A stretch of 64,000 nucleotides of DNA from the human T2T-CHM13v2.0 reference genome, Homo sapiens. Positions 1 to 27,695 of this stretch are shown one piece after another. The translations under genes and the position numbers were made by a program. The notes below the pieces were generated by a model, which searched no databases, was not told where the DNA came from, and was given only the letters and a program-made list of their open reading frames with translations. Location of the stretch: the NCBI RefSeq assembly GCF_009914755.1, contig NC_060934.1, one strand, 5' to 3'. The first letter of the stretch is position 1. Every line of letters begins with the position of its first letter.

Positions 1-695
1 GACTCAATCTAAATATCAAATATTAAATATTTTACTTTCAAAAGGATCATAGGCCTCATGCCTCAAGGAAGCAGGTGCTAATGAACAAATTTATCTAACT
101 TCCCAAAAATCATTCCCAGAAGCATCTGTTAACCTGAAGTACTTGGCAAACCATCTCTTAGAATTGACAACATATTGCCAAAATCTTAGTGGATTTTGCC
201 AACACTATTCTGCTGATAGGAAAAAAGAATCATTCAGCTACTTTCCAATTTAGCCACAAAATAGGCTCTTTTTTCTTCATTACTACTTTAACCAGTATGT
301 TAATACTGAAAATAGGTATAAAGAAATCACAAATAACCTTCTTCTGTTTGAAGGAAATTTAAAATACTAAATCCACAATTCTTGCCTTTAATTCTAAGGA
401 ACTCAAGAAAATCTATGAATTTTTTTTTTTTGGAAAAAATATGAAATCTCCAAAATCTAATAATTGTAACAGAGAGGAGGGGGAAAGAGCACAAACAACA
501 GCTTGAAAGATGCCTCTTGAAAGTTGAGAGTCCTAAAATCTCAATTTCAAAGTTTAATCTACTGCTATTAAAAGAAATAGCTTATTAATCAGTGCTTGGG
601 AATATTTTTTTTAAAAGAAAGAAAACTTCACAAAAACTAACCGGTTCCTGAATCTTCTATCTATCTGTTTTTACCACAACAACTACAATACTTAC

Positions 696-800
696 CAGAC
701 AGCACAGTCAACCTCCAGCAAAAGACCTCTAATCACGAGGGTATCTGTGGGGCAAGTGATACAAGAATGGGGAGGGATATGGGAATAGCTAGAGCTGTGG
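696..800 (-). other. USP54: Candidate proximal non-coding 5' exon of USP54 (donor after 696; upstream boundary approximate)
   Basis: 688-698 ATACTTACCAG = minus-strand CTG|GTAAGTAT, 10/11 complementary to the U1 5' end, in non-repetitive DNA. Gene assigned from known order USP54-MYOZ1-SYNPO2L. Confidence 0.55.
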
Positions 801-2495
801 GGAGGGAAGGCTAGGAGGGAGGAGACGACTGTAGCTAGCAACAATGAGAAACTGTGAATCTAAACCACAAGGACTTCCCGCAGAACAGGATATCAGAGAG
901 AAGGCAATTCTTTTTACCAACTACCAGGAACTCAGCACTGACAATTCATGACAAAGTTAAAAAGGTGGAGCTTCCAATTAAAAACAAAGTAAACTTAAGA
1001 AACTAACCAAAAGTAACTTGAAAGGACGTTATCACAAACTTCACCTGAGGCTTAAGAAAAACAATTATGAAGCTGTTTCCTGGGGCATTCCTGATGACAA
1101 AGGTCATTAAACAATAAGGTTTGCAGGGTGGCTGCTGCTTCCAAAGAAGGGCCAGTCCCCCACAAAAAAATTCCTTTGCACTGCAGTCAAAAGGAGCACG
1201 AGAAGACAACATTTTTGTAGTTGTTTACAGAATAATCAAAACAATGTTATTGTTGGAATCCCTAATTCAGAATTCCAAGACTGGGCTTAAATTAAATCAA
1301 ATCATTTTAATAGGCAAAACTCCTCCAACTGTCTTAAACGAGCCACACTATTAAAGAAAATTATTATTTAAACTGAGCCATTGGAATCTACTGAGTCAAT
1401 TTTAAAATGCTTGGGATCTAAGGGTTCTCAACCCCAAAGTCCACAACAGGGAAAGATCTCCACCCCTCTCTCGGGGAAGAGACCTAGTTACATCACCAAG
1501 AACAAACAGCAGGCAGAGTCCCACCCCCAAACATGTGATCAGTCAACCGAGAACTTGCATTTGCAGGCAGGGCACAAAGGCCCCAGAGGACCAACACACA
1601 CCCTTCTATGTATTACCTGAGGTTATAAAACAGTTTTATTGAAAGAAGTTGTTTTATAAGCATACTGATGAAAAAAACTCATCAGCAGAATCCTTGCCAA
1701 ATATGAAGGTCTGTTGTGTTTCTATAGGTTGAGAGAAAATATACGAGTTGACTAAAAAAAAGATGTAATTAAGATTTATTGGTAAAATTTAACAAACATG
1801 GGCAATGTCCAAAACTAATTAAGCTCTTACATTTTAACAATACAGTATATTAAATTGAAGTAGTCCTTTGGCCACAAGGAAAGTGCCACAAAAAAAAAAA
1901 AAAAAAAAAAAGATACTGTTGCTTTTCTTGTTAACCATTAGCATTCTAACTCAGGTCTCCTAGTGGTGCTAGGTGGAGGAGGAGGTAGTAATGCCATTTC
2001 AAAGTGTGAAACACAAAATTTCTACTGATAAGTGCTGACTGCAAATAAAGACATACAAACATCAAGACCAAGCTCTTCAATCAAGTCATTAAAATATAGG
2101 TATATATTCATTGTGAAACTAATCAAATAAAACTAGAGTACTGGGACAGAGTTACAGAGCTTCAACCCTGATTACAACTAGACAACATTACTTTTCATGT
2201 CTCATCCAGGTAAGGGAAGTGATCCACAGGGAAATCTCACTCTAATAGATTGTAATCTCTCCAGAGGCCCCTCAGAAAACACCTCCCATAAAACTCTGCT
2301 ATGATACTCACATTCTGCCTTGCATAAGTTATTTTCAGACATTTCTTATTCCCTCTTCAAGACTGCACAAGAGGTTCTGTGCCAAATAGAAAGAGAACCC
2401 TGTATCAACCACTGGGCTTCGCCATTCAAAATAAATTGGGTAACTACAAGTTTTTGTTAGGTGAGTGTCAAACTGCCTGTAGAAAAGGTTTTATA

Positions 2496-7661
<5,166 letters not shown>

Positions 7662-7914
7662 GTCTTTTAATAAATAGTGCTGGAATAATTGAATATCCCC
7701 CATATGCAAGAGAAAAAGTTGGACTCCTATCTCACACCATATGCAAAAATTAATTCAAAATGGATCAAAAACTTAAATGAATGAGCTCAAACTATAAAAC
7801 TTTTAGAAGAAAACATAGACATAAATCTTCATGACCCTGGGTTAGGCAAAGACACCACACAAGTAACAAAAGAAAAAAATACATAAATTGGACTTCATCA
7901 AAATTAAAACTTTT

Positions 7915-8654
<740 letters not shown>

Positions 8655-9340
8655 TTATCAGCCACATGAAAGACGGTGAAACTGACGGGATTTTGACTCA
8701 CTATATGTAGAACAATCCCCTGATCCACAAACCTCTTAATCCTAAATAGAAGTAATGAAATTCAAAAATAGAAACAGAAGTAATTTGTTATGATCAATCA
8801 ACCCATACTCTTTTTTCTCCTTAATACTGCATATCATGTTTAGTCCTTTATAATTGAATTTTCCCAAGATTTAACAATTTTACATGTCTATGGTTTTCCA
8901 ACTACTTTCCTTTCCTCTTTTTGGATATAAAGACATTTGTCTCTCTCTAGTCTTTATGGTTTCTCAAAGACAGTGGCTCTGAGATCATCAGCCAGTTAAT
9001 TCAGCACCCCGAAATGTAATTCATTTCAGCCTTAAGACTTAAATTCATTTAAAAATGTTCACTCTTACCATCTTAGGCTACAGTTTCCAGTTTTTAACTT
9101 GCTATATACTTTCCAGTTTGAAAACAATTATCTCTGCTGCTAATAATAATCTATATATTTATTTTTTGTAAGAGTTTTACAATTTCTCAAAAATCCTGCA
9201 AAACAGGTTAATATACCACTATCCCATTTTACAGATAAGGAAACTGAAGCACAGAGAAATTAAAATTATTTGCCCAAGGTAAAGAGCTACAATGAACCAA
9301 AATCGATTGCACTTTGGGCTTTTTTTTTTTTTTTTTTTGA

Positions 9341-9546
<206 letters not shown>

Positions 9547-9989
9547 TGACTTCAGGTGATCTGCCCGCCTTGGCCTCCCAAGTGCTGGGATTACACTTGT
9601 GAGCAACCGCGCCCGGCCCAAGGGCTCTTTTCATAAGGCCATGTGGATCTTTAATACAGAACTTCTCAGGATTGCACATAAAATTTTCTCTGCTAAAAAT
9701 TGATTTTTTAATTAGCGGTTGACAGGAGTTAAGAAAGGTGTAGGGGTGGAAGGGAAGTGGGGGTAGCTATAAAAGGACATGGTAGATCCTGTGGTGATGA
9801 AAATATTTGGTACCTTGACTGTATCAACATCAATACCCCAGTTGTAAAATTGTACTATAATTTTGGAAGATATTGCCATTGGAGGAAATGAGGTAAATGG
9901 TACATCAGGTCAATATTATTATTTATTTTAACTCTGTATAAATCTAGAATTATCTCAAGATAAAAAGTTCCATTCAAAATAATAAACAA

Positions 9990-10480
<491 letters not shown>

Positions 10481-11866
10481 TGATATTTCTTTTCTAAACC
10501 AATTTCATGTTTAAGAACCTTACTTAAAGTGAATAGGAAAGTTTGGGTAAATTAAAACAAAACAGGATCATGTATAGGAGCTCTGAAATCCAACACAGAA
10601 GTCTTCTAATGTGGGGTAAGTTCCATCAATAAAAGCTCCAAAACAAGTCATGAAGATCCTTGAAAATAAAAAAGGAGCTCCTGGGATTCTTATTTCCTAG
10701 AGAAATGAAACCAGTCAAGACAGTGTAGGAAACAAAATTGTTAAGTCATGGAAAGTCACCTCAAAAAGAAGCAGTAGAATAAAGTTAGAACCACCTAAGC
10801 TTTGCTTTCCTCAATACCACCATACACTTTACTGCAATCCTCAACTTAGAGAAAGACTGAATGTGTATGTCACCTTCAACCTGATACTCACACACACATT
10901 TCAAAAGCTTCCCCAAAAATGCCTTTTTTTTTTTTCCTTTTTGCTACTCACCAAGTGCCTGAAGTGTCAATCATTTCCTGCTTCTTCCAGCTGCAGGACT
11001 TGGAACTAGGAAAACATTCAGTCAGCGTCTAGAGCAGGTCTGGTTAGAAGGATGAGCTCATCCCTTTCAGATGCACACCTGATCCTCAAGAAGCTGCCCC
11101 TCCTCCAGCAAGCAGATCTTTGTATGTTTAAAGTGACACCCACAACCTGTACAACCACTTTGCCAGAGCCAAAGTAAGTCTTTCCTTATACATGCCTAGT
11201 GCCATGGAATCATTTCCTGGTCTAGCCACCTCACACAGCCACTGAACGCAGGTGGCAGTGGCAACAGCTGCTGCTGCTGCTACTATGGCTTTGTTAGAGA
11301 AGGACTTCATTTTCAGCTACAACGGAGGTCAAGTCCTTCACCACTGCCCTGGAAACACTGCACTGTTTGTTTCAACAGCCCCTTGCCCACAGTCAGATCT
11401 TACCAGAATCATGCCTTCTTTCAAAACTCACAACCATTTTTCTGAACCAACAATGTAGCACCTCAACATCTGCCTTATTCCATTTGCCCTGTCTAAAAGT
11501 TAAATTAGCCAAGGCAGCTAAATGTACTGTATGTATTTAGAGCTAAAATGTTCCCAACTCAGGTTTGCCCTCAGTTTTACTACCTCTAAGAAAACCTTTA
11601 TTCTGCCATAGCAGTCTATTTATTGGTAAAGTATACAGTAATCCTAATACAGAGATATGTAAACTTCACTTCATGAAAAAATAGTATAATAGCCGGGCAC
11701 GGTGGCTCATGCCTGTAATCCCAGCACTTTGGGAGGCCGAGGTGGGCAGATCACGAGGTCAGGAGATCAAGACCATTCTGGCTAACACTGTGAAACCCCA
11801 TCTCTACTAAAATTATAAAAAAATTAGCCGGGCGTGGTGGCGGGCATCTGTAGTCCCAGCTACTCA

Positions 11867-12355
<489 letters not shown>

Positions 12356-12739
12356 TTATTCAACAAACATTTCTATACACCTATTATGTGCAAGTATCTC
12401 TGATAGGGTGCTGAACTGGGCTTTTGAAAACAGCATCACAAAAATCTAAGAAAGAACTCATCCCACCCTAATTAGCCTTCCCCAGGACCTTTGCAGTATT
12501 TTTACTTCAGTCATCACAAGCTTCTAATACGCTAACAGGCTGTCTAAGGAGTATAAACTATGTCAGAGAAAAATCAAATTCATTAGTGGTTACCTTTGGT
12601 GAGGGACTTGTAATCAATAAGGGGAAACTCGGGAGCAAACCAATTTACTAATATTTAATTTGCTGGATGGCGATTATAAAGATGTTTACTGTGTTATTCT
12701 TTTAAATGTCTTAGAAAATATATAATAAAATTTTTAAAA

Positions 12740-15745
<3,006 letters not shown>

Positions 15746-16136
15746 AAGAGAACTAATCAAAACACAAAGTGGGGTGTGATGCTGCTCACCTGTAGTCCCA
15801 GCCAATCAGGAGGCTGAGGTGGGAAGGAATTACTTGAGCCTAGGAGTTCGAGTACAGCCTGGGCAACACAGGAGAGCCCATCTCTTAGCCTGATCAGTAT
15901 AAGATGTTGAGAGAGAAACACTCTAAATTCAAATTCAAATAAACAATCTGCTGCTTTTCTCATTTCAAAAAACAATTCAAGCCTTACTAGTGATATTTGT
16001 TGAAAAGGACTAATAGGCGCCGGGCGCAGTGGCTCACGCCTGTAATCCCAGCACTTTGGGAGGCCGAGGTGGGCAGATCACAAGGTCAGGAGATCGAGAC
16101 CATCCTGGCTAACACGGTGAAACCCTGTCTCTACTA

Positions 16137-16359
<223 letters not shown>

Positions 16360-17462
16360 CTAACTGAACAGTTTCATACAACTGAAAAACCTAATATGTT
16401 CAGGGCAGCTAATATATTTCTAGAGGCAGGAATTAGAAAGTAAATATTGACCAGGCACAGAGGCTCATGCCTGTAATCCCAGCACTTTGGGAGGCCAAGG
16501 TAGGAGGATAGCTTGAGCCCAGGAGTTTGAGACCAGCCTGGGCAACATGGTGAAACCCCATCACTACAAAAAATACAAAAATTAGCCAGGTGTGGTGGCA
16601 TGCACCTGTAGTCCCAACTACTCAGGAGGATCACTTGAGTCCAGGAGGTGGAGGCTGCAGTGAGCCATAATCCTGCCATTGCACTCCATCTTGCAGGACA
16701 GTGAGACCTGGTTTCCACAAAATCATTCCTAGAGTTTGCTTAAAAAAAAAAAAAAAAGAAAAAAAAAATAAACAGAAAGAAGACTTAGCCTAAAGAACAT
16801 AGTCTCCAAATACAAAGGATGGTAGCTTAGAAATAAAAGTCTTTAATTATTTGTCATATTCTATACAAAGTTTGAAGTCTGCATTAAGTTATTAAGAGCC
16901 CCATTCCTGAGGCTTATTATTCAAAAGGGTGGAAATACGAAAACTTTAATTTTAAAAACTAAGAAGTAGGCCGGGTACGGTGGCTCGCGCCTGTAATCCC
17001 AACATTTTGGGAGCCGGAGGAGGATGGAGAGCCTGAGCTCAGGAGTTCAAGATCACCCTGACCAACATGGTAAAACCCTGTATCTACTAAAAACGCAAAA
17101 AATTTCCCAGGGATGGTGGCATGCACTGTAATTCCAGCTGCTTGAGAGGCTGAGACACGAGAATTGCTTGAACCCGGGAAGCGGAGGTTGCAGTAAGCCA
17201 AGATCACGCCACTGCACCCCAGCCTGGGAGACAGAGCAAGACTCCGTCTCAAAAAAAAAAAAAAAAAGAAAACTAAGAAGTAATCCTTCAGAGGAAGAAA
17301 TGTGCTTAATTGAGTAGTAAGGATTAAATGAGTTGCAGTGTGCGAAGTGTTAAGCCTAGCTCCTGCCACACGATATTACTCAACAAGTTATTCAGATTTG
17401 GCCGGGCACGGTGGCTCATGCCTATAATCCCAGCAATTTGGGAGGCCAAGGCGGGTGGATCA

Positions 17463-17729
<267 letters not shown>

Positions 17730-18930
17730 TCATTTCCCTACGTTTCCCTCTTATACCAACATAACCAAAATGAGTTTGACTGTTTTTAACACAAACATGA
17801 ACAATATTTGAAATAACTGTATACATTTACGAGTAATTTTACAATCACTATCTTTTAAAACTTAAATCAGCTCAAGGAAGGGAAAAAGAAAACTGAAATT
17901 TAGAGTCCCTATAACATTATGGCTACTGTGCTAAGAACTGACATCTATCACTTCATTTAATTTGCTCAGGTAGGTTATTATTATCCTAATCTCACAGATA
18001 AGGGAAGTGAGGTTCAAAAACATTTAATAATTTGGCCAGGCTTGGTGGCTCATGCCTGTAATTCCAACATTTTGGAAGGCCGAGGTGGGCAGATCATTTG
18101 AGCCCAGGAGTTCGAGACCAGCCTAGCCAACATGATGAAACCCAGTCTCTACTAAAAATATAAAAAATTAGCAGGGCATGCTAGCGCGTGTCTGTAGTCC
18201 CAGCTACACAGGAGGCTGAGGTGGAAGGATCACTTGAACCTGGGAGGTGGAGGTTGCAGTGAGCCAAGATCCCAAGATCACAGCACTGCACTCCAGCCAG
18301 GGGGACAGAGTGAGACTTTGTCTCAAAAAATAAGTAAAATTTATATGGAAAGGCATAGGCCCTAGGAATATGTATTATAGATATCAGTAAGTACTCCAAA
18401 ACACTGAGGTGTCTAAAGCTTAATTTGGTAATTACAAAGTTTCTTATATCAAGCTGTAAAATAAGCTTGATGTTTCCTTAGACCTAGTGGGCATCAGGAA
18501 AGGTGAAAACCCAATATTAAAATGATATTGCGTCTCCCTGGTGTTCCCCTAACACTGAAGGAACACATAGAATTCCCATTTGTTCCTAAATACCCTTCTG
18601 ATCTTCAATGACCATGAGTAAAGATAAACAAGGAGTTGAAAGAAATGGCAAAAAAGAACCAAAGAACTATCTTGTTTTGGCACTATACAGCTCTGACTGG
18701 GGTCAACATCCAAGACAGGATGTACCATCAAAGGAAATGGATCTGCACAGAGAAATAAAAGCTCAGCCCGGGTCAGAAATGAAACAATGGCACACAAATA
18801 AGTTTTGTTTCCACAGAGAATACATTTTTCTATATAAACTTTACCATGAGGCTGGGTGCTGTGGCTCTCGCCTGTAATCCCAGCACTTTGGGAGGCCGAG
18901 GTGGGCGAATCACTTGAGGTCAGGAGTTCA

Positions 18931-19641
<711 letters not shown>

Positions 19642-19895
19642 TTATCTACAAGATGTTTCTTCAGAAATTTCTTCTCAGGAGAAACTTAGAAATTTTTCTT
19701 CCAAGACTTAATAATTGTCACTGACTTCCTGCCAGCTTTATATCAGAAACTTTTGGCCAGGCACAGCGGCTCACACCTGTACTGTAATCCCAGCATTTTG
19801 GGAGGCCAAGGTGGGCGGATCACTCGAGGTCAGGAGTTTGAGACCAGCCTGGCCAACATGGTGAAACCCCAACTCTACTAAAATTACAAAAATTA

Positions 19896-20042
<147 letters not shown>

Positions 20043-20819
20043 CTATCACTTTTCTGAGACAGTTCTGTCTCAGGAAAAAGAAAAAAAAAAGAAAGAAACT
20101 TTTCAAACATCCTAGAAAAAATGAACCTACACACAGGTCACAATAAAACAAAAATGTATTTTGCAAGAATACAATATAGCCTTACCTCAGCTTCTGTTTT
20201 CATTTAAAAACTCAAATGCTATTTGAAAAAAATGTGCTTTGTAGAACATGTTTCTTGCTTTCAACATGGCACGGGAAGGTAATGCTACCACACAGTGCCA
20301 AAACACTAAAATATGGCTTTCAGAAAAGCTTGTTAGTTTCATACCAACAATAATAGGGCTAGATTTCCTATTTGCAACAAGCTATGTAATGAATATAACA
20401 GCTTTTCCTTAAAAGTCACTTATCTATAGAGAATATTTATACAGACAAACTGAAATAAGAAAAATTCTAGAAAAGCAACAGTGAGTTTTTTAAAAAACAT
20501 TTTTGTACATTCTACCATCATACCTCCTTAATATACAAATATTCATATATGTGCCTGATATAAGCCATAAAAATAAAATAATTCACAAATTTATTATATG
20601 AAAGTATCCCTGAAACTAAAATAAGTAAAATTTGGATAAGCTTTTCTACCAATATACTCTCTGGGAGAAAAAGACAGAAAAGTGAGCCTTAAAGTGAATT
20701 CCATTTTTCTACTACTTCTCATTAAATATTAAAAATGTGTCCATATTTTTTAATATTGATAAACTAAATTAAAAACCTTAGTGAAGTACAAGGTATGGTA
20801 GCTCCTATCTATAAGCTCA

Positions 20820-21443
<624 letters not shown>

Positions 21444-22599
21444 TCACCTGAGCCCAGGGAGGTTGAAGCTGCAGTGAGTTGAGATCCCGCCACTGCACTC
21501 CCACCTGGGAAAGAGTTCGACCCTGTCTCAAAAATAAAATAAAATAGATAGACAGAAAACCTAATTTATCCTATATGTATAATTAAATATCAGATAGTTA
21601 TTATTTACATATACTATTGAGGATTTTTAATCTGATCAATTTTATTGAGCTAGCTTCTCCCCAATTTTAAATGCAACCCCTCTAACTCAGATGGCACATA
21701 ACTGTAAAAAACATTAAATGAATACCAGAATTTTATAGTCAAATCACATTTGTACCCAAAAGTAGGCTTTTTCCCCCTTGTTTTAATTCATAAATTTATT
21801 CAACAGACTTGATTTTACAAATTCCAGCCATCCTAGAATTTTCCTCATGTCAAGATATTACAAGCATTATAACAGCCTATTCTAGTGTTTTACTCACTGA
21901 TGGTCAAGAGATTTCCCCTAAAAGTAAACAGCAAACTAGAAAAAACATTGCCAGCTATATGATAAAGAATATACTTGATGGCCGGGTGAGGTGGCTCATG
22001 GCTGTAATCCCAGCACTTAGGGAGGCCAAGGCTGGCACATCACCTGAGATCAGGAGATCAAGACTAGCCTGGCCAACATAGCAAAACCCAGTCTCTACTA
22101 AAAATGCAAAAATAAGCTGAGCGTGGTGGTGCATGCCTGTACCCCACTTACTCAGGAAGCTGACGCAGGAAAATCCTTGAACCCACGAGGTGGAGGTTGC
22201 AATGAGCAGAGATCTTGCCAAAGCACTCCAGCCTGGGAGACAGAGTGAGACATTGTCTCAAAAAAAAAAAAAAAAAAAAAAAAGAATATATTTGGCTGGG
22301 CGTGGTGGCACACACCTGTTATCTCAGCACTTTGGGAGACCAAGATAGCAGAATCACTTGAGCTCAAGAGTTTGAGACCAGCCTTGGCAACATGGTGAGG
22401 CCCCGTCTCTCCAAGAAACACAAAAAATTAGCCAAGCATGGTGGTGCGTGCCTCTGGTCCCAGCTACTCAGGAGGCTGAGGTGGGAGGATTGCTTAAGCC
22501 CAGGAGGTCAAGGCTGTAGTGAGTGGTGACCGTGCTACTGCATTCCAGCCTCTTTTTTTTTTTTTTTTTTTGGAGATGGAGTCTCACTCTGTTACGTAG

Positions 22600-22788
<189 letters not shown>

Positions 22789-24610
22789 TGATCCACCTGC
22801 CTCGGCCTCCCCCTCCCAAAGTGCTGGGGTTACAGGCGTGAGCCACCGCACCCGGCCTACCACCATTTTTTTTTTTGAGACCCTGTCACCCCCACCAAAA
22901 AAAAGAATATTTTTACTATAAAGAGATTCAAAACGTCAAAATAAGAAAAAAATTGCATATGCCAAAACAGAGATAGGCAAAGACGTGAACAGTTAGAAAT
23001 ATGACTATCTTGAAAACCCAAAAGGGCTGGGCGTGGTGGCTCACACCAAAACTTTGGGAGGCTGAGGCAGGCCGACCACCTGAGGCCAGGAGTTTAAGAC
23101 CACCCTGGTCAACATGGTGAAACCCCGTCTCTACTAAAAATACAAAAAATTAGCTGGGCGTGGTGGCGCGTGCCTGTAATCCCAGCTACTCAGAAGGCTG
23201 AGAGGGAAGAATCACTTGAACCCAGAAGGCGGAGGTTACAGTTGAGCCGAGATTGTGCCACTGCACTCCAGCCTAGGTGACAGAGCAAGACTCTGTCTTG
23301 AAAAGAAAAAAAAAAAACACAGAAGAAAAAATTATAGTTAGCAAAAGGATTTAGTGGCTCACACCTGTAATCCTAGCACTTTGGAAGGCCGAGGAGGACA
23401 GGTCACTTGAGGCCAGGAGTTCGAGACCAGCTAGGCCATGGAGAAACCTCATCTCTACTAAAAATACAAAAATTAGTCACACGTGGTGCCATACACATGT
23501 AGTTACAGCTACTGGGGAGGCTAAAGTGGAAGGATCATTTGAGCCCGGGAGGTCAAAGCTGCAGTGACCCAGTATCGCACCACTGCACTCCAGCCTGGGT
23601 GATACCTGTCTCAAAAAACAAACAAAAAAACTGTATGGTACTGGCCCAAGAATAAACAACTGAAAAGAACAGAAATATTCAAAAATAAACACATGCAGGC
23701 TAGGCGCAATAGCTGGTACCTGTAATCCCAGCACTTTGGGAGGCCAAGGCGGATGGATCACTTGAGGTCAGGAGTTCGAGACCAGCATGGCCAACATAGT
23801 GAAACCCCGTCTCTACTAAAATTACAGTAAATTAGCCAGGCGTAGTGGTATGCACCTGTAGTCCCAGCTACTCCAGAGGTTGAGGCAGAGAATCGCTTGA
23901 ACCCCAGTGGCGGATGTTGCAGTGAGCCGAGATCACGCCACGGCACTCCAGCCTAGGCAACAAAAGTGAGACTCCGTCTCCAAAAAAAAAAAAAAAAAAA
24001 AAGGAAACACAGGCGTACATACATACATACACAAATGGTGGATATATGGCAATTGAGAACATGATGAAGATAAGATTTCATATCATTAAAGACACGATAT
24101 TCAACAAATAGGCTTGGGTCAGTTGCATATTTGTGGAGAAAAAGAGTACCTCCAAAAACATATAAAGATAAATTCCAAATCAGTTAAAGAGTTAAATAAG
24201 CTAGTAAAGAGTTAGGATAAATATAAAATATTTTTATAATTTTGGGATGGAGAGAGCCTACTTAAGCAAGCCTCAAAACCCAGAAACCATTAAGAAAAAA
24301 GACAGATATGAAATTTTAGCACATCAACGGACACTACAGATGATGCAACAGATTGTAGAAAATATGTGCAATATATGTTTAAAATACAGGGATACACAGA
24401 GAGAGTTCCTATTAGTCTAAAGAGAAAAGTGGGGAGAGGTGTGGATAGTTAATGGGTACAAAAACAAATAGAAAGGCTGGGCGTGGTGGCTCACATCTGT
24501 GGTGGCTCACATCTGTAATCCCGTCACTTTAGGAGGCCAAGGCAGCAGATCAGTTGAGGCCAGGACTTTAAAACTAGCCTGGCCAATATGGTGAAACCCT
24601 GTCTCTACTA

Positions 24611-24862
<252 letters not shown>

Positions 24863-25597
24863 TTAATTGTACATTTTTAAATAACTACAAGTATAATTGT
24901 TTATAACACAAATAATGAATGCTGAGAGGATGAATTCCCCATTTTACATGATTTGATTATTATGCAATGCATGCCCATATCAAAACATCTCATGTACCCA
25001 ATAAATATACACACCTACTATGTATCCACAAAAAAATAAAATATTTTTTTAAAAATAAAGCTGGGCATAGTGGCTCACACCTGTAATCCCAGCACTCTGC
25101 GAAGCTGAGGCAGGCAGATCGCTTGAGGTCAGGAATTCTAGAATAGCCTGGGCAACATAGCAAAACCCTTTTTCTATAAAAAATACAAAAATTAGCTGGT
25201 CATGATGGCTCACACTGTGGTCCCAGCTACTCGGGAGGTTGAGGTGGGACGATCACCTGAGCTTGGGAAATTGAGGCTGTAGTGAGCGAAATCACTCCAG
25301 CCTGGGCAACGAAGAGATCAGTCTCAAAAAAAAAAAAAAAAAAAGGCCCAGCACAGTGGCTCACACCTGTAATCCCAGCACTTTGGGAGGCCAAGGTGAG
25401 AGGATTACTTGAGGCCAGGAGTTCAAGACCAGCCTGGCCAACATGGCAAAACTCGTCTCTACTAAAAATACAGAAATTACTTAAGCCAGGCAAGGTGGCT
25501 CACGCCTGTAATCTTTGGGAGGCCGAGGTGGGCAGATCACTTGAGATCAGGAGTTCAAGACTAGCCTGGCGAACATGGTGAAACCCTGTCTCTTCTA

Positions 25598-25753
<156 letters not shown>

Positions 25754-25799
25754 TCAAAAAAAAAAAAAAAAAAAAAAAAAAATCAAGTTCCATTCATGT

Positions 25800-26075
25800 A
25801 TCCTCAGCAAACTAACACAGGAACAGAAAACCAAATGCCACGTTTTCACTTATAAGTGGCAGCTGAACAATGAAAACACATGGACACAGGGAGGGGAACA
25901 ACACACACTAGGGCCTGTGCGGGGGTGGGAAGAGCATCAGGATAAACAGCTAATGTATGCAGGGCTTAATACCTAGGTGATGAGTTAATAGGTACAGCAA
26001 ACCACCATGGCACACATTTATGTAACACGCCTGCACATCCTGCATGTGTATCCAGGAACTTAAAATTAAATTAAA
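25800..26075 (+). mobile_element. 5'-truncated L1PA 3' end lying between Alu arms
   Basis: cctcagcaaactaacacaggaacagaaaaccaaa...acatggacacagggaggggaacaacacacac...cctgcacatcctgcatgtgtatcc. Confidence 0.85.
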
Positions 26076-26502
26076 TTCTAAAAAAAATACAAAAATTATC
26101 TGGGCGTGGTGGCAGGTGCCTGTAATCTTGCCTCCTCAGGAGGCTGAGGCACAAGAACCATTTAAACCTGGGAGGTGGAGACTACAGTGAGCTGAGCTCA
26201 CACCACTGCACTTCAACCTTAACAACAGAGAGAGACTCTGTCTCAAAAACAAAACAAAACAAAACAAAACTTAAAAAAATGTTTTCAGAGAATAAATGTA
26301 GCTTTGATACAAAAGAAAAACTAAAATGGGATGGGAGGGGTAGAATGAGAAGAAAAAAGCCCAGTTACAAAATAAGCAAAGAATAAGCAATTCCACTGAA
26401 AGAAATACAGCCAATAAAGAAATAAAAAGATGTTAGGCTGGGCACAGTGGCTCACACCTGTAATCCCAGCACTTTGGGAGGCCAAGGCGGGCAGATCACC
26501 TA

Positions 26503-26934
<432 letters not shown>

Positions 26935-27134
26935 TCAAATAAATGGAAATTTAAAATGAGATCACTTGGCCAGGTGCAGTGGCTCATACGTGTAATCCCA
27001 GCACTTTGGAGGGCTGAGGTGGAAAAATTCCTTGAGTTCAGGAGTTCAAGATCAGCCTGGGCAATATAGTGAGACCTCATCTCTTCAAAAAAATTAAAAA
27101 TTAGACTTTCTCTTCCTGGTTCCTAGCAGAGTCA

Positions 27135-27299
<165 letters not shown>

Positions 27300-27323
27300 C
27301 TAGGCAACAAAGACCCTGTCTTA

Positions 27324-27695
<372 letters not shown>

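Noticed and set aside
16718-16740. Extra sequence before an Alu tail resembling ~105-116 (AAAATCATTCC)
   Set aside because: Only 11 nt identical at 16 kb distance; compatible with chance
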